In this document: one piece after another, positions 1 to 13,118 of the stretch
Numbering within the stretch: the first letter of the stretch is position 1
How the letters are laid out: each line of letters begins with the position of its first letter
Source: Chrysomallon squamiferum
Lineage: Eukaryota > Animalia > Mollusca
Reading direction: 5' to 3'
Length of the DNA: 64,000 nucleotides
Assembly: GCA_012295275.1 (NCBI GenBank)
Contig: CM022671.1
Coordinates: 36,456,001-36,520,000 of the forward strand
Notes under the pieces: generated by a model
Databases searched by the model: none
What the model was told of the DNA's origin: nothing
Seen by the model: only the letters and a program-made list of their open reading frames with translations
Position numbers and translations under genes: made by a program

Positions 1-592
1 GTTAAAAAAAAAAAGTTGATTTTATTTTACAATGTTCATGGATAACAATATGATAAGAAAATATAATTTGTGAATTAATTTCTCAGGTGCTGGTCTAAAT
101 GTGTTGTTTTATTTAACTAGTATGGTAAATGTTAAAGCTAATCTCAAGTATTAAATAAAATGAGATATACAAGACAGCCAGCAAGTATTTTACAAATGTG
201 CAGTTTGAATATGTGGTATAACTCAATCACAGTAACAGTGCAGCGTGTGTTTTTGAAGTTGTGCAGTAAAAGCTATATTTAGACACAAAAATCTTTGTAC
301 ATGATTTTCAAAACACATTTTACTATTTTAAATATTATCTTCTGTACACCAGTTTTCACTAATCTCCAATCATAAACTGACAGCCTCAAGTTCGAAACAA
401 GAAAACCATCTTACATGTAAACATACTCGAACAAATTCTCCTATTACCAGCTCTACTGAAAAACAGCCTTTTCAAAAACCAGTTGCTTAACATTTTCATC
501 TTACAGAAAACTGACACAGAAATATTTTATCAAACACATGATTTAGAAACAACTGCTGTAGAAAACACATTATAAATGCACGTTGTTTTACA

Positions 593-3500
593 CTACACCT
601 CGGCTTCTATTTCTCGAGGTATGCTGTTCTCTGCATTTGATTCCATATTCTTAATGACAAGAAAAGCAAAAACAAGAAGCACTATGAACACTGAAAGTTT
701 CACCCACAAAGGAATTCCTTTTTTTGTTGTTGTTGTCACTGGGCTGCTGCTGGGTGTACCAGGTGGTGTTCTGAGTGAAAAAATAAACAATTAAACAACA
801 CAAAACAAGAACTATGTAATGGATTTTTAATGACATTTATTAAATTAGAATATTATATTTGTAAATAAATTTAAGATAAAAAATGTAAAAGTTAAATATA
901 TCAAACTGCTAAATAAAAGACAGGATTGGATTCTTAAAAAAAAAGAAAAAAGAAAGAAAGATCTGTGAAAAAAGACAGTACCAAAACCATCAAGTGCGAG
1001 TATTTCCAGCAAAATGAGATATACATTAACTGACACATGAGTTAAACATGTCAAAAGATGTTATACATTAACTGACACATGAGATAAACATGTCAAAATG
1101 TGTTACACATTAACTGACACATGAGTTAAATATGTGAAAATGATTTGTACATTAACTGACACACAAATTAAATATGTGAAAATGATTTGTACATTAACTG
1201 ACATACAAGTTAAAAGGATTATGTCTAACCTGCGAGGTAAAGGTCGGATGCGATCTCCAGCTCCCTCGAACTTTGGGTTACGTGCTGGAGATATTATTGG
1301 AATTGGCCGTTTCCTCATTTCTGTTTGTCTGCAATAGATTTATGTCCCTTTCTTAATCCAATGTAGATTATTTCAAAACAAATACTTCTTAATAATGAAA
1401 CAGTAATATTAACAGAATAAATAAATAAAAATAAAAATAAAAATAAACACATAACCCTTTCTCTATAACAAACAAAGGTCAGCTGGAATAAACATGTCTG
1501 GATTCCTCATTTAGACATTTCTTTGGTTTGTCTGGGGCACTTTTCAAAATGACTGCCCTGTCAGAACCTAAGATTACTATGGTTTGTTTGCATGCAATCA
1601 TTTGTTGACATCAGGATTCAGTAAATATTACTGCCAATCAGGCTGTGATTAAAATAAATTACAGTCTGCATTATTAATGGTTCAGAAAGAACAAAGACTC
1701 AAAAAAACAACAACTGAGTAATGTATTCTCTTATCAGGATTTAAATAAATAAAAATGTAATTTATGGCACAAGTAAATTATATTTATTACAGCTGTGTTG
1801 TGTATTAAACAGATGAGGAGATTAGACAAGCATGTAACTAGTCAAACATTTCATGTCGGTCATTTTTTTTAAAAAACAAACCCTGTCCCCACAAAACAAA
1901 AGAAGCAAAAAGTTATTATAATTTAAAAGAAAAGAAAAAAGAAAGAGAAAAGAACAACAACCAGAAACACAATAATAGTAATAATAAAAAAGCCAACACC
2001 CCCTCCCCAAAAATAAATCCATTCATGTTAAACTGATACCCTTTTGCAAAAAACATTATAACAAAATAATTGTTTTTTTGTTGTTTTTTTTGAAAAGTAA
2101 CAACTAGTAAATATGTTAATTTCCACTCTTAAATAACAGGATGTGAAATAATAAGGTAACTGAATGATAGCTCTAGGTGAAGATTTATCTATGAACAAAG
2201 GCTTCTGGACACTAAGCAAGGAAAGTGTGAGTGGGGCAGACTGCAATCATTTCACACCATGTATGAATAAAAACACAAAGTTTTGAAAAACTGCCTCACC
2301 CGACCAGGGCTTTCGGAACCCGAACTGGGTTTTGAGTTGACCTGAGAGTGAAAGAAGAGAAAAATAAGAAATAGAAAAAGCATGATGCCACATCTGGGCT
2401 TGAAATGGATGAGTACAAGCAGGAAAAACGTTCCTGTTTGTTCACAGAATTCTCCAGTTTTACAAACAGGGGAAACATTTACAACTGAAAAAACACCACT
2501 GACTGGCAACACTTCTTACCAGACTTCTCAACAAATGTCAATAAGAAAACAACGAAAAGTGTTTTATTGTTTTTGTTTTGAAAACCAAAGACTGAAAGGG
2601 CTAATGTCACACAGATTAACAAGTTACAAATTTGAATTAACCCACACAGCGTTCAAACTTTACCAGTTTCATTTGTGGAAAGGACTTAACTTACAATCAA
2701 TGATTTAATTTTAATTTTTTATAAATAAAACAATAAATAAGATGTCTGTGATGTTGGAAAAAGGTGAACATGGGTGAGATAAATAAATGTGTGCTAATGT
2801 TTAACTGTGAAGAGTTAACTCTAATACACCGAAACAAACATACCTTGTCTGAACAGTTTCCACTATATCTTCTGAAAACAAACACATTCTATTTTTAGTA
2901 AACAGTGAAACAATTAACAAAAAGTACAGTTTAATATGCTCACTCATTAACTGATACAGTTTTATACAGTTGTCAGATCACAAGATTTTAACAACAGAGT
3001 AATTAAAAATAAAAGAGAAAAAGAAAAAAGGCATAATATTTTATGATATAATGAACCATACTAATTTATTTATGATATCAGAATAAATAAATATCTTCAA
3101 TTTCACTGTGTATTAGGTGCTGAAAATTAACAAAAATGAAAAATCTGCTGCCATGTTCATAAGCATTAACAGTACTTTTGTAAAACACGTCACTACAAAT
3201 ACTGTTGAGAACAAAATGGTGAAAAGATATTTAAAAAGGAAGAAAAAAGCAACAAAGTCACCTTCAGATTCTGTATCATCGTCCTCATCAACAGGTGGAT
3301 ATTTGCTGGGGCTCACAGCCGCATCATTTCCATACAGCAACTTCATCAGTTTTATCTCGTACACTTTACGAGTAAATGCTGCAAACATTTTACATTTACA
3401 TTAAATATTGAAATCTCAGACTTCATTCTTTGTATTTATACAAATACTGATATTTTACATCTGATTCGTTATAGTGTTTATATTATACAGATAGTTAATA

Positions 3501-4088
3501 CTGGTATATAATAATGCTTAAACAAATACAGAGATCTTAAACTTGATTAATTATGATGTGTATATAAATATAGATGTCCTATATTTGATTCATTACAAAA
3601 TAAAATAATTTTCTATTATTCACTTGTCTTGATTCAAATTTAATACATAATTTCTTTTATACAAGACTCAGGTGGCTATAAATGACCTGGTTAAATGGCA
3701 GACCAAAGTGTGCATGCAAAACATCACTCTCACAGTTCAGTGATTACACATTTTAGAATTATTAATCAATAAATGAATAATTATGCACATTACATTTCAG
3801 TTAATTGATGGTTTAATTGAATAAATTATATTTACACATAAGTGATTTCACATTCTATTATTATAATTATATATATATATATTTTTTAATTCAAGGATGC
3901 ACTACAAAAAAATATTTCACACGTTACTCTGAAGTGCTGAGATAAACTGTGATGATGAAAGAGAACTGAGCCAGTGTTTAGTAAGTTAGTTTTCACTCAC
4001 GCGTGATTGGGCCGATGTCCACACCACGCCTACGCAGCTCTTCAGCCAACTCGTTTTTTGTCAGTGATGACACGTACGAGGTATCCAT
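593..4088 (-). CDS. LEM-domain single-pass inner nuclear membrane protein (emerin/LAP2beta-like), 6 coding exons, ~183 aa
   Basis: Exons 4088-4001, 3378-3262, 2871-2844, 2341-2300, 1328-1230 and 770-593 all have GT-AG ends and compatible phases (552 nt total). The N-terminus MDTSYVSSLTKNELAEELRRRGVDIGPITPFTRKVYEIKLMKLL fits the LEM motif (L..EL...G...GPIT..TR..YE.KL). The middle is low-complexity, followed by a C-terminal hydrophobic helix LWVKLSVFIVLLVFAFLVI and a short tail. Exact orthology not determined. Confidence 0.85.
1015..1215. repeat. ~42-bp intronic tandem repeat (~5 copies) next to a LEM-gene donor site
   Basis: Recurrent TACATTAACTGACACA...GTTAAA.ATGT at ~42-bp spacing, ending just before the donor at 1229. 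Confidence 0.75.
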
Positions 4089-5713
4089 GACGACAGATTA
4101 CCTCACAAAACAGTCGTCTAAAACAACAAACAAACAACTGATTATCCACCATGTGGAGTTAAAATAAGACAAACTTAACCACAAAGTCCACTGAAATGCC
4201 CATCACAATTCTTCCAGCTTTTCTTGTAAACCCTGAAAGTGTTTGTAACTTTATGGTATTAGTTATCATACAATGCAAACACAAGACAAACAAACAGGTG
4301 TCTAAATAAATACAGGTTCATTCTCGGTCATGATTATATTAAAAACACAATATAGCAGTCTGTAATCACATTTTCTATGTAAAAGGTTATTTCAGCTTTT
4401 GTTTCATTCTGTAATTTTTGATACAGATCTGAGTTCATCCTCCAGATGTTTAAAATGAAAAAAGGAAGCAGAAGGAAAATACTATTATCACTGCTGACAC
4501 ACAGTTATTATAATGTTTTAAACTGAAATTGATCATGCCACAAATCTTGCTAATAGTCTATTAAAACATTTTCATGTAATATGATTATCTGAATATGTTT
4601 AAATGACAATGAGGTATTTAGAAGCAATTTATAAATTACAGAATGCAAGTTTCTTCATTAAAAGATTAATATCTAAATTGAGTGTATAGAAAAATGTCAA
4701 ATAGATCAACATATGATAAGTAAAGTTCAGGTTAAAGCAGTATTTTTGTTTTGAAAGTAAATCATAACAATTGATATGAAATGAATAATAAACTGGTAGG
4801 CTGACTTCTCAGGTAAAAATATAATTAAAAAAAATAATAAGAAAAAAAATAAGAAATTAACAACTGGTGAGAAATTTCATAATCAGTTACCAGAAATGAA
4901 TGTGTCAAAAGAATCAGTATTTCTGTAATTAAGTCACATTAATTAAACTTAGCATATGGCTAATTTGAATTCTTTCTTGTGTCTGTTCACATTTTAATTA
5001 AGACATAAATTGGACAACACATGCACACACAAATAAAATAATAATAAAAAAAATTATAATAATAGAAAAAGAATGATTTACTTGTAGTTTAATATTCGGT
5101 AGAACTAGTACTTCTAGTACTCTAGTTAATAATAATATTATAAATAATAAAAATAGTAATAATCATAAATGAATGAATAAATAAAGATACTAGTAAAATT
5201 ATTTCTGTAAATCTGCCAGATTTTGCCTGACTAATTTCCCTTAGCTGATTTATTCGTAGTTTAATCTTCGGTAGAGCTAGTACTGCTAGTACTACTAGTA
5301 ATGATATGAAACTTTCTTTGAAACACTGAAACAGTGACTGAGTGATCTAAAACTTGAAGTTGAAAGTTGAACATTATTTAAGATGTAACATTTTCAAAAG
5401 CCTTTAAAATAATTATATATTTTTTACTATTATTATTACCTTTTATATTTCTATGTTGTGAGTGCAAACTAACTGAGATGTCGTTTAACCAACAACTAAA
5501 TGAATGAAAAACGAAAACATCAACAACTAAATGAATGAAAAAACACCAACGCCTCGTTCGCATAAAATGGCGCCTATTTTATATAAACACAAACACGAAG
5601 ATACGAGAAAACCCATTGGACAGTCGTAGTAGATTTAAAAACGTTATCCAATGATTATTTGGTTTAATAATTGCGGAAGTTATGTTAGTTTCCTTTCGTT
5701 CATCGCATCAAAA
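4089..5713. promoter_or_regulatory. Divergent (head-to-head) intergenic/promoter region of the LEM gene and APEX2
   Basis: The two start codons face away from each other ~1.6 kb apart. A locally CpG-richer patch at ~5500-5710 contains AAAATGGCGCC (~5564-5574), resembling a YY1 core. No TSS data. Confidence 0.45.
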
Positions 5714-8608
5714 ATGAAAATATTAACGTGGAATATTAATGGTATTAGAGCAAATAAAATACCACTTAAAAAACTTTTAGATTCGTTAAATGCTGACGTT
5801 ATATGTTTACAAGAAACGAAAGTTACACGTAAGTTTTGTTATAAGTGTCAAGTGTAAGTAAATAAAAGTTAATTGAAAAATTTATAAAAGTAAAATTCAA
5901 AGGTGAACTCGGATGAGTTTTATTTATGTAATGTGTAATGTATTAAAATGAACAGACTAATTAAATATATAAAAACAGAAGAACAAATATATGTTATTTT
6001 AAACGCAAATGAAATATTAATAATCTTCATATATTGGCAGGTTTACCATAGCAGAGGTTTTACTTATTATATTCTACGATTTTTGTTTTATTGCTAGCGC
6101 TAGTGCATAATTATAATACATATTTAATATAATATTATATATAAAACGGTCATGTAAAACTGTAAAAACACTTCCTTGGCAAACTTGACAGACCATACAG
6201 ATTTTTTTTCCACACCATATAAAGTGTTTTTTTTTAAAAACAAAAACATCCAATGGATATTGGATGTGATCCATAATGCTACAATCAGTAATTTAACTTT
6301 TGGAAAAGTATTTGGTGTATTTGTTAGATATAATTGCATTGCATATTAACCTTCAGGTGATATGTTAGATAAAATTATTACAATGTGTATTTACCTACAG
6401 GTGATATATATGTAGATATAATGACAACAGTGTTTATTTATATAATAATTACAATATATTTTTACTTACAGGTGATATGTTAGGTATTAATACAGTGCAT
6501 ATTATAGGTGATATGTAGATATAATAACAACAGTTTGTTTACTTTCAGGTGATATGTTAGGTTTTAATACAGTGTATATTATAGGTGATATGTAGATATA
6601 ATAACTACAGTTTGTTTACTTACATATATGTTAGGTATTAATACAGTGTATATTACAGGTGATTTGTAGATATAATAACAGTTTGTTTACTTTCAGGTGA
6701 TATGTTAGGTATTAATACAGTGTATATTACAGGTGATATGTAGATATAATAACAACAGTTTGTTTACTTTCAGGTGATATGTTAGGTTTTAATACAGTAT
6801 ATATTATAGGTGATATGTAGATATAATAATAACAGTTTGTTTACTTACATATGATATGTTAGGTATTAATACAGTGTATATTATAGGTGATATGTAGATA
6901 TAATAACTACAGTTTGTTTACTTTCATGTGATATGTTAGGTATTAATACAGTGTATATTACAGGTGATATGTAGATATAATAACTACAGTTTGTTTACTT
7001 ACATATGATATGTTAGGTATTAATACAGTGTATATAACTACAGTTTGTTTACTTTCAGGTGATATGTTAGGTATTAATACAGTGTATATTACAGGTGATA
7101 TGTTGATATAATAACAACAGTTTGTTTACATTCAGGTGATATGTTAGATGAACAGACAGCCATTGTTGATGGATATAATTCTTACTTCAGTTTCTCGAGA
7201 AAAGAAGTGGCTACTCAGGTAAGAAAATAGTAAGATAATAGTGTAATTAATAACTTTTAAAGGTCAAACTATGACTTGTAGGTGGGATGAGTGAAATATG
7301 GCTTGTTGCTAGGTGACAAAAAACAAAAGAAATTGCAATAAGAGTTGTTTTTCTAATAATCATTATTACTTCAAAAATGTCTTAAACCCTGTAATTATTT
7401 TTGTTTTAATAATAATAAATGTTTTAATAATAATAAATGTATTCCTTTTTTTTTTTTTTTTTTTTTTTCTGGAAACTTAGTGTTTTGTCCTGTGTCAAGT
7501 ATATGAGATAAAAAGTTGTTAGGTTCAGGTTTTAATTTAAATAAAAATCCTCCTCCATGGTGTGAACATTATCAGTGTAGGACAGCTTAGAGTCTGGTGG
7601 ATATTTGGATATAGTCAGCCATGTATAATGAATTACAAATAAATTCTAACATCATCTTTTAATATTTGCTGCCTCACAGTTAGTACTGAACTTTACATTC
7701 ACGTATGTTCAAAAGACTTTAATATATATTTCTGTGCAAACAATGTTCTTTCGAAGAACAGACCTACAGATATACAAACATCAGAATCAGTTTATTTCTA
7801 TTTATGGCATGAACAGTTTCAGAAATACACAAACGTACCAGAATTACTGTTGAAAAGTCTCATATGAACATTGATAGCAGACTACTAAATGCTGATGATA
7901 TTTATGAATATTTTCTTGTAGGAGTGGCTACATTTTGTAAGAACTCAGTGACCCCAGTCAAAGCAGAGGAGGGACTTTCAGGGTTTCTCACTCTGGATTC
8001 AGAAGGATCTGTTGGTTGCTATGGAAACCACAGTGATTTCAGCTCAGACGATCTTAGTTCTCTGGATGCAGAAGGCAGAGCTGTGATAACACAGCACAGA
8101 ATCAGGTATCTTCATGACAACAGACAGCTGGGTAACCATAATATGTGTTAACATTATATTAAAACACTATTTTATTCAACAGTTTTTAAATTAAATAAAA
8201 AAAAAATGATCATCATAAATATAGTTATTAATCTTCAGATAATGCCATTTGTCCAGTGATCACATGACCATGTTCTGCAAATGGCTACCAAACTTCTGCT
8301 ATACCCATTAAGTTATATTTATTAATAAATCACTGGTGAATATATTTATATTATTTTTTTCTCTCTCTGCTTCATATATTTTGTAAGGGACTTAATAAAT
8401 AAATCAATCACAAAAATAACATGTTAAAAATAATGCAGCCGTCTTTTCCATTTACATAGATTTCAAACACAAAGATTACAAATAAGCTTTGTATGTTTCC
8501 CTGTGAGCCTCACTGGAATTGTTTAATAACAGTAAATATAGATCTCCTTCTAACCTCCTTCAGTTAACTCATACAGACTTTGTGTCTATGATGACATACT
8601 GTATATAC

Positions 8609-8644
<36 letters not shown>

Positions 8645-8645
8645 T

Positions 8646-8676
<31 letters not shown>

Positions 8677-11600
8677 GGATACAAACACATAATAACCTGA
8701 AAAAAACCCTCTGATGACAGAAAAGCTGATGGCAGTGTGAGGGAACTTGCTGTTATCAATGTGTACGTACCCCGAGCTGAGGACAAGGAAGAGAGACATG
8801 ACTACAAGTTGAAGTTCCTAGCCCTGCTCCAAACACGAGCAGAAACATTGGTGAACCAAGGCAGGTGAGTGTTCAGCTAACACTATCATCAGAGTGGTAC
8901 CATGTTTATACTGCTGTTACTGCTGTTAATACCACTACAGTGGTTCTGTTGAAAGAAAAATCTGCCAAGCTGATTTAAAAATTGCTGTCAGGTTGAGCAT
9001 GAGACTGTTTCTCAGCAAGAACAGAATTTGTCATTTCTCTTACCAGGTACAGTGTGTCATGGTTATTTATTTAAAATTTTTAAGTTTGTGTAGCAGTGTA
9101 TTCTGTGATATTAAACACAAGTGATGGTTGAATTCAGATTTGTGATGCCTGCACTTTTGTAACAAATGTTATAAATTTATTTATACTTTATTGTTATTGT
9201 TATTATTATTGTTGTTGATGTTGTTATTAATGGTAGTAGTATTCGTAGTGGGGTAGTGGTGGTAGTAATAACAGTAGTACTGATGTTGGTGTAAGTGTAA
9301 AACAGAGAAATAATAAACATGGTTTCCTATTCTGCAAAGGTCAGTATTTAAATGTTTTTAAAGTAATTAGTTCAGAAAAGTAACTGGAGGGGAGTAAATG
9401 CTAGCAAGCTAAGTTAAAATCACAGCCCCCTGTTGAGAGCTTTCATTAGCATGAGCCATGTGATATGACCATATATGGCAACTGCTACTTAGAGCTGGGG
9501 GGGGGACATTGTGAGAGATCAAGATTTGCACTCTGGCCCTTGACAGGAAAAGACCTTAAATAATTGTTAGTGTTTTTTATGTTTGGTTAATAGTGGTTTC
9601 ACATAGAATTAATTCAGACTTATTACCTTCATTTTGATTCATCTATAAAAACAAAAAAAATTTTTAATTAAGACATGTCTTCAATGTAAGCAAAATATGA
9701 ATAATAATTACAGAAAGGCTTATGGATCAGTTATTATTAATGTCTTTTATATTTATAAGGGATTTTTATAAAGAATTTTACACAATGTATTTAGTTGTAG
9801 TTAATTAATATAAGTGATAGAAATGATTACAGACAGATGTATCATATTAGTATATCATATGTCCAAGTGCCACGAATAGATAAACATGGAATCACACCCT
9901 TTAATCTGGTGTCAGCTAGGTGTTGTGTGTTCCTATGAAAGACAACAGAATCCTTGCCATTACACAAACAAAGTACAAAGTGATGTTAATAGCTTTTGTT
10001 AAAGGTTACTTTTAACATGTAGGATTGGATGAAACTTATATTAACAAACTTCAAGAATTTTTAAAGTAATTCAATGAGCACCAGTTTTACATTGATAGAT
10101 TGTTTCATTACTATCGGACTGAGTGGGATTATATTAATACATTTACAAGTTTCTTATTATGTTACTTCTACTTGAATATATGATCATGTAATAATACTGA
10201 AGGGGAATATTGAACTGTAGCAGTTTTACTCATGGATAACTCCTCCTAGAAGCCATGACTAATGAACTTTGACATTTGATGTTAATATTTAAATGCATGT
10301 AGTTGACTTCTCCTCAGGTTTGGTTATAAAACTATGTAGTAATATTGCATATTTGATTGTTATTTTTGTTGAATATATCTGTTTATAATTATTTTCTATT
10401 TATCTAAGCATCAGGCCTTTGTTTTTGTTTTGATTTTACAGCTTTGGAAATCTTTATTATGCTTTGTAATAATTAAATACAGTTTTAAGAATTTGGTCAG
10501 TTTGCCCTCCTTGGAAATGCCAGTGTTACAGAGTTTTAATATCAGTGATCACCTATTATTAAAACCCTTTGATCTGAAACCTGTCTTGGTTGTTCCTGAT
10601 ATTATGAATAACTTGTTAGTCACCTATCTGCCCATTACGTAAGTACAAGTAGTGATGGTAATGTTGATAGTGGTGGTAGTAGTAGTAATAGTAGTAGTAG
10701 TGGTAGTAGTAACAGCAGTATCGACACAAGTATTATCAAGGTTTTATTTGGTGTCAGTTTGTATTAAAATATAGTTCTGACTACAGCTGTGGGTGACAAG
10801 TAGTTTGAATGTTTTGAATGTTAAATAATACAAATGTCTCAGTGATTGTTTTATTTTAACAGTTTGAATGTTTTGAATGATAAATAATACAAATGTCTCA
10901 GTGATTGTTTTATTTTAACAGTTTGAATGTTTTGAATGTTAAATAATACAAATGTCTCAGTGATTGTTTTATTTTAACAGTTTGAATGTTTTGAATGATA
11001 AATAATACAAATGTCTCAGTGATTGTTTTATTTTAACAGTTTGAATGTTTTGAATGTTAAATAATACAAATGTCTCAGTGATTGTTTTATTTTAACAGTT
11101 TGAATGTTTTGAATGTTAAATAATACAAATGTCTCAGTGATTGTTTTATTTTAACAGTTTGAATGTTTTGAATGATAAATAATACAAATGTCTCAGTGAT
11201 TGTTTTATTTTAACAGTTTGAATGTTTTGAATGTTAAATAATACAAATGTCTCAGTGATTGTTTTATTTTAACAGTTTGAATGTTTTGAATGTTAAATAA
11301 TACAAAATGTCTCAGTGATTGTTTTATTTTAACAGTTTGAATGTTTTGAATGATAAATAATACAAATGTCTCAGTGATTGTTTTATTTTAACAGTTTGAA
11401 TGTTTTGAATGTTAAATAATACAAATGTCTCAGTGATTGTTTTATTTTAACAGTTTGAATGTTTTGAATGATAAATAATACAAATGTCTCAGTGATTGTT
11501 TTATTTTAACAGTTTGAATGTTTTGAATGTTAAATAATACAAATGTCTCAGTGATTGTTTTATTTTAACAGTTTGAATGTTTTGAATGATAAATAATACA

Positions 11601-13118
11601 AATGTCTCAGTGATTGTTTAACAGTTTGGCTCATTGTTTTATAATAATGTTCCTCGTTTCAGTCACGTGGTGCTTGTAGGGGACATAAACACGACACACA
11701 GGAAACAAGACCACTGTGACCCTACCTCTGAGGTGGGTTTCTCATCTTATTTCTTAATTTAGACTTTGCAGATTCTTTCTAAATTTAAATCAGGTTGTTA
11801 TTTTTTTTTTACAATAAAATGAAAAATCTCACTACAGTTTTTAATTCTCTCTTGAAAATTAAATGAATGAGAAAAAGCGATCCAAAATCACGGTTTTGTA
11901 TTTTTGTAAAATTTCTGTGATTTTGTTAACTTTCAGGAGTTTCTGCGACTGCCCAGTCGACAGTGGTTGAATCAGTTTTTGAGAGCCGAGGACCGGGACT
12001 CAACGCTGAGTGAGTCTGAGGACTCTCAGCTTCTTACTGGAACATCTCACACACAGGGAGGAATGTTTGCCGATTCATTTCGATACTTTTACCCAGATCA
12101 GGAAAATGCGTTCACGAACTGGTGCACGCGGACAGCTGCTCGACAGACCAACTACGGAAAACGTTTAGACTACATCTTTGTTGACCTTGACCTTGCTAGC
12201 GAGTGCCTCGTTGACTGCAACATCATGGTGGAGGTTGAAGGTTCAGACCACTGCCCAGTTGTGGCGGAACTATGTTGTCATGGTGACCCATCTAAGAAAT
12301 GTCCCCCGCTGTGTACAAAGTTTATGCCTGAATTTTCAGGTACACAGCAAAAGCTGTTTTCGTATTTTAAGAAAGGTCAGAGTTCAAAAGAAGTTGGAGA
12401 TTCTGATTCTCAGGGTGTAGACTGTTCTCAGGAGCAGGCCATTTCACAGGTTGGATTGGCAGAAAATGATGTTGAGTCATCCACTGCACAGTCAAGTCCT
12501 AACAGTAGGAAAAGGAAGCCTGATGTAAACAGCAAATCATCTTCAAAGAAACAGAAGCATGAAAAGAAATCTTCTAGTTTATCCAGTTCCAAACAAGGTA
12601 GTCTGATGAACTTTTTCAAGAAATGTACCAGTGAAAATTCTGAAGGAAACTGCAGTGGAAATTTAAAATGTGAAAACAACTGTATCTCTGTTTCTCTGAC
12701 GTCAGAGGATAACAAAACACATGAACAAGGGGACACAGTTTCTTTTTCTTCTGCCATGGATCTGGAATCTGTTGAATCTGACCTGACAAACATGGAAACT
12801 TCAGCAACAGCCAAACCGTTGGCTACAAAAAGCAAATCACTGCCACATGGAAATTTGTCTGAGTCCGTGAATCCATCACCTACAGCCACTGAGCACCAGT
12901 CTGCAGCTGTGGCATGGAAGGGGCTGCTCGGGGGTCCAGCCAAAGCCCCTCTCTGCAAGAAGCACAGAGAACCCTGTGTACTGAGGACGGTGAAAAAAGA
13001 GGGGCCCAATAAGGGTAGACAGTTTTATATGTGTGCCCGGGGTGAGGGCTTCAAGTCTAATCCAGAGGCAAGATGTGATTTTTTCCAGTGGGTGGAGAAA
13101 AAGAAGAAAAAGTTATAA
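5714..13118 (+). CDS. APEX2: DNA-(apurinic/apyrimidinic site) endonuclease 2; 6 exons, ~592 aa if a 1-nt deficit in exon 2 is corrected
   Basis: Exons 5714-5828, 7136-7218, 7922-8105, 8721-8864, 11663-11732, 11937-13118. EEP/ExoIII motifs: MKILTWNINGIRA, CLQETK, GYNSYFSFSR..SGYSGVATFCK, LDAEGRAVIT, INVYVP, GDINTTH..DHCD, FTNW..RT.ARQTNYGKRLDYI, GSDHCPV. PIP-box-like QGSLMNFF and a C-terminal Zf-GRF (C..H.EPC...TVKK.GPNKGRQFY.CAR......C.FFQW) distinguish APE2 from APE1. Confidence 0.95.
6350..7135 (+). repeat. ~77-bp minisatellite in APEX2 intron 1 containing copies of the exon-2 acceptor and first 12 exon bases
   Basis: TTCAG|GTGATATGTTAG recurs (CAG at 6546, 6694, 6771, 7056, and the true acceptor at 7133). 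The 77-bp spacing is seen twice. Confidence 0.85.
10800..11626. repeat. 59-bp minisatellite (~14 near-identical copies) in APEX2 intron 4
   Basis: Unit AGTTTGAATGTTTTGAATG(T/A)TAAATAATACAAATGTCTCAGTGATTGTTTTATTTTAAC; starts at 10802 and 10861 give a period of 59. Confidence 0.95.

Noticed and set aside
12428-13009. 193-aa minus-strand ORF, and similar antisense ORFs over genes A-G
   Set aside because: Shadow ORFs opposite well-supported coding exons.
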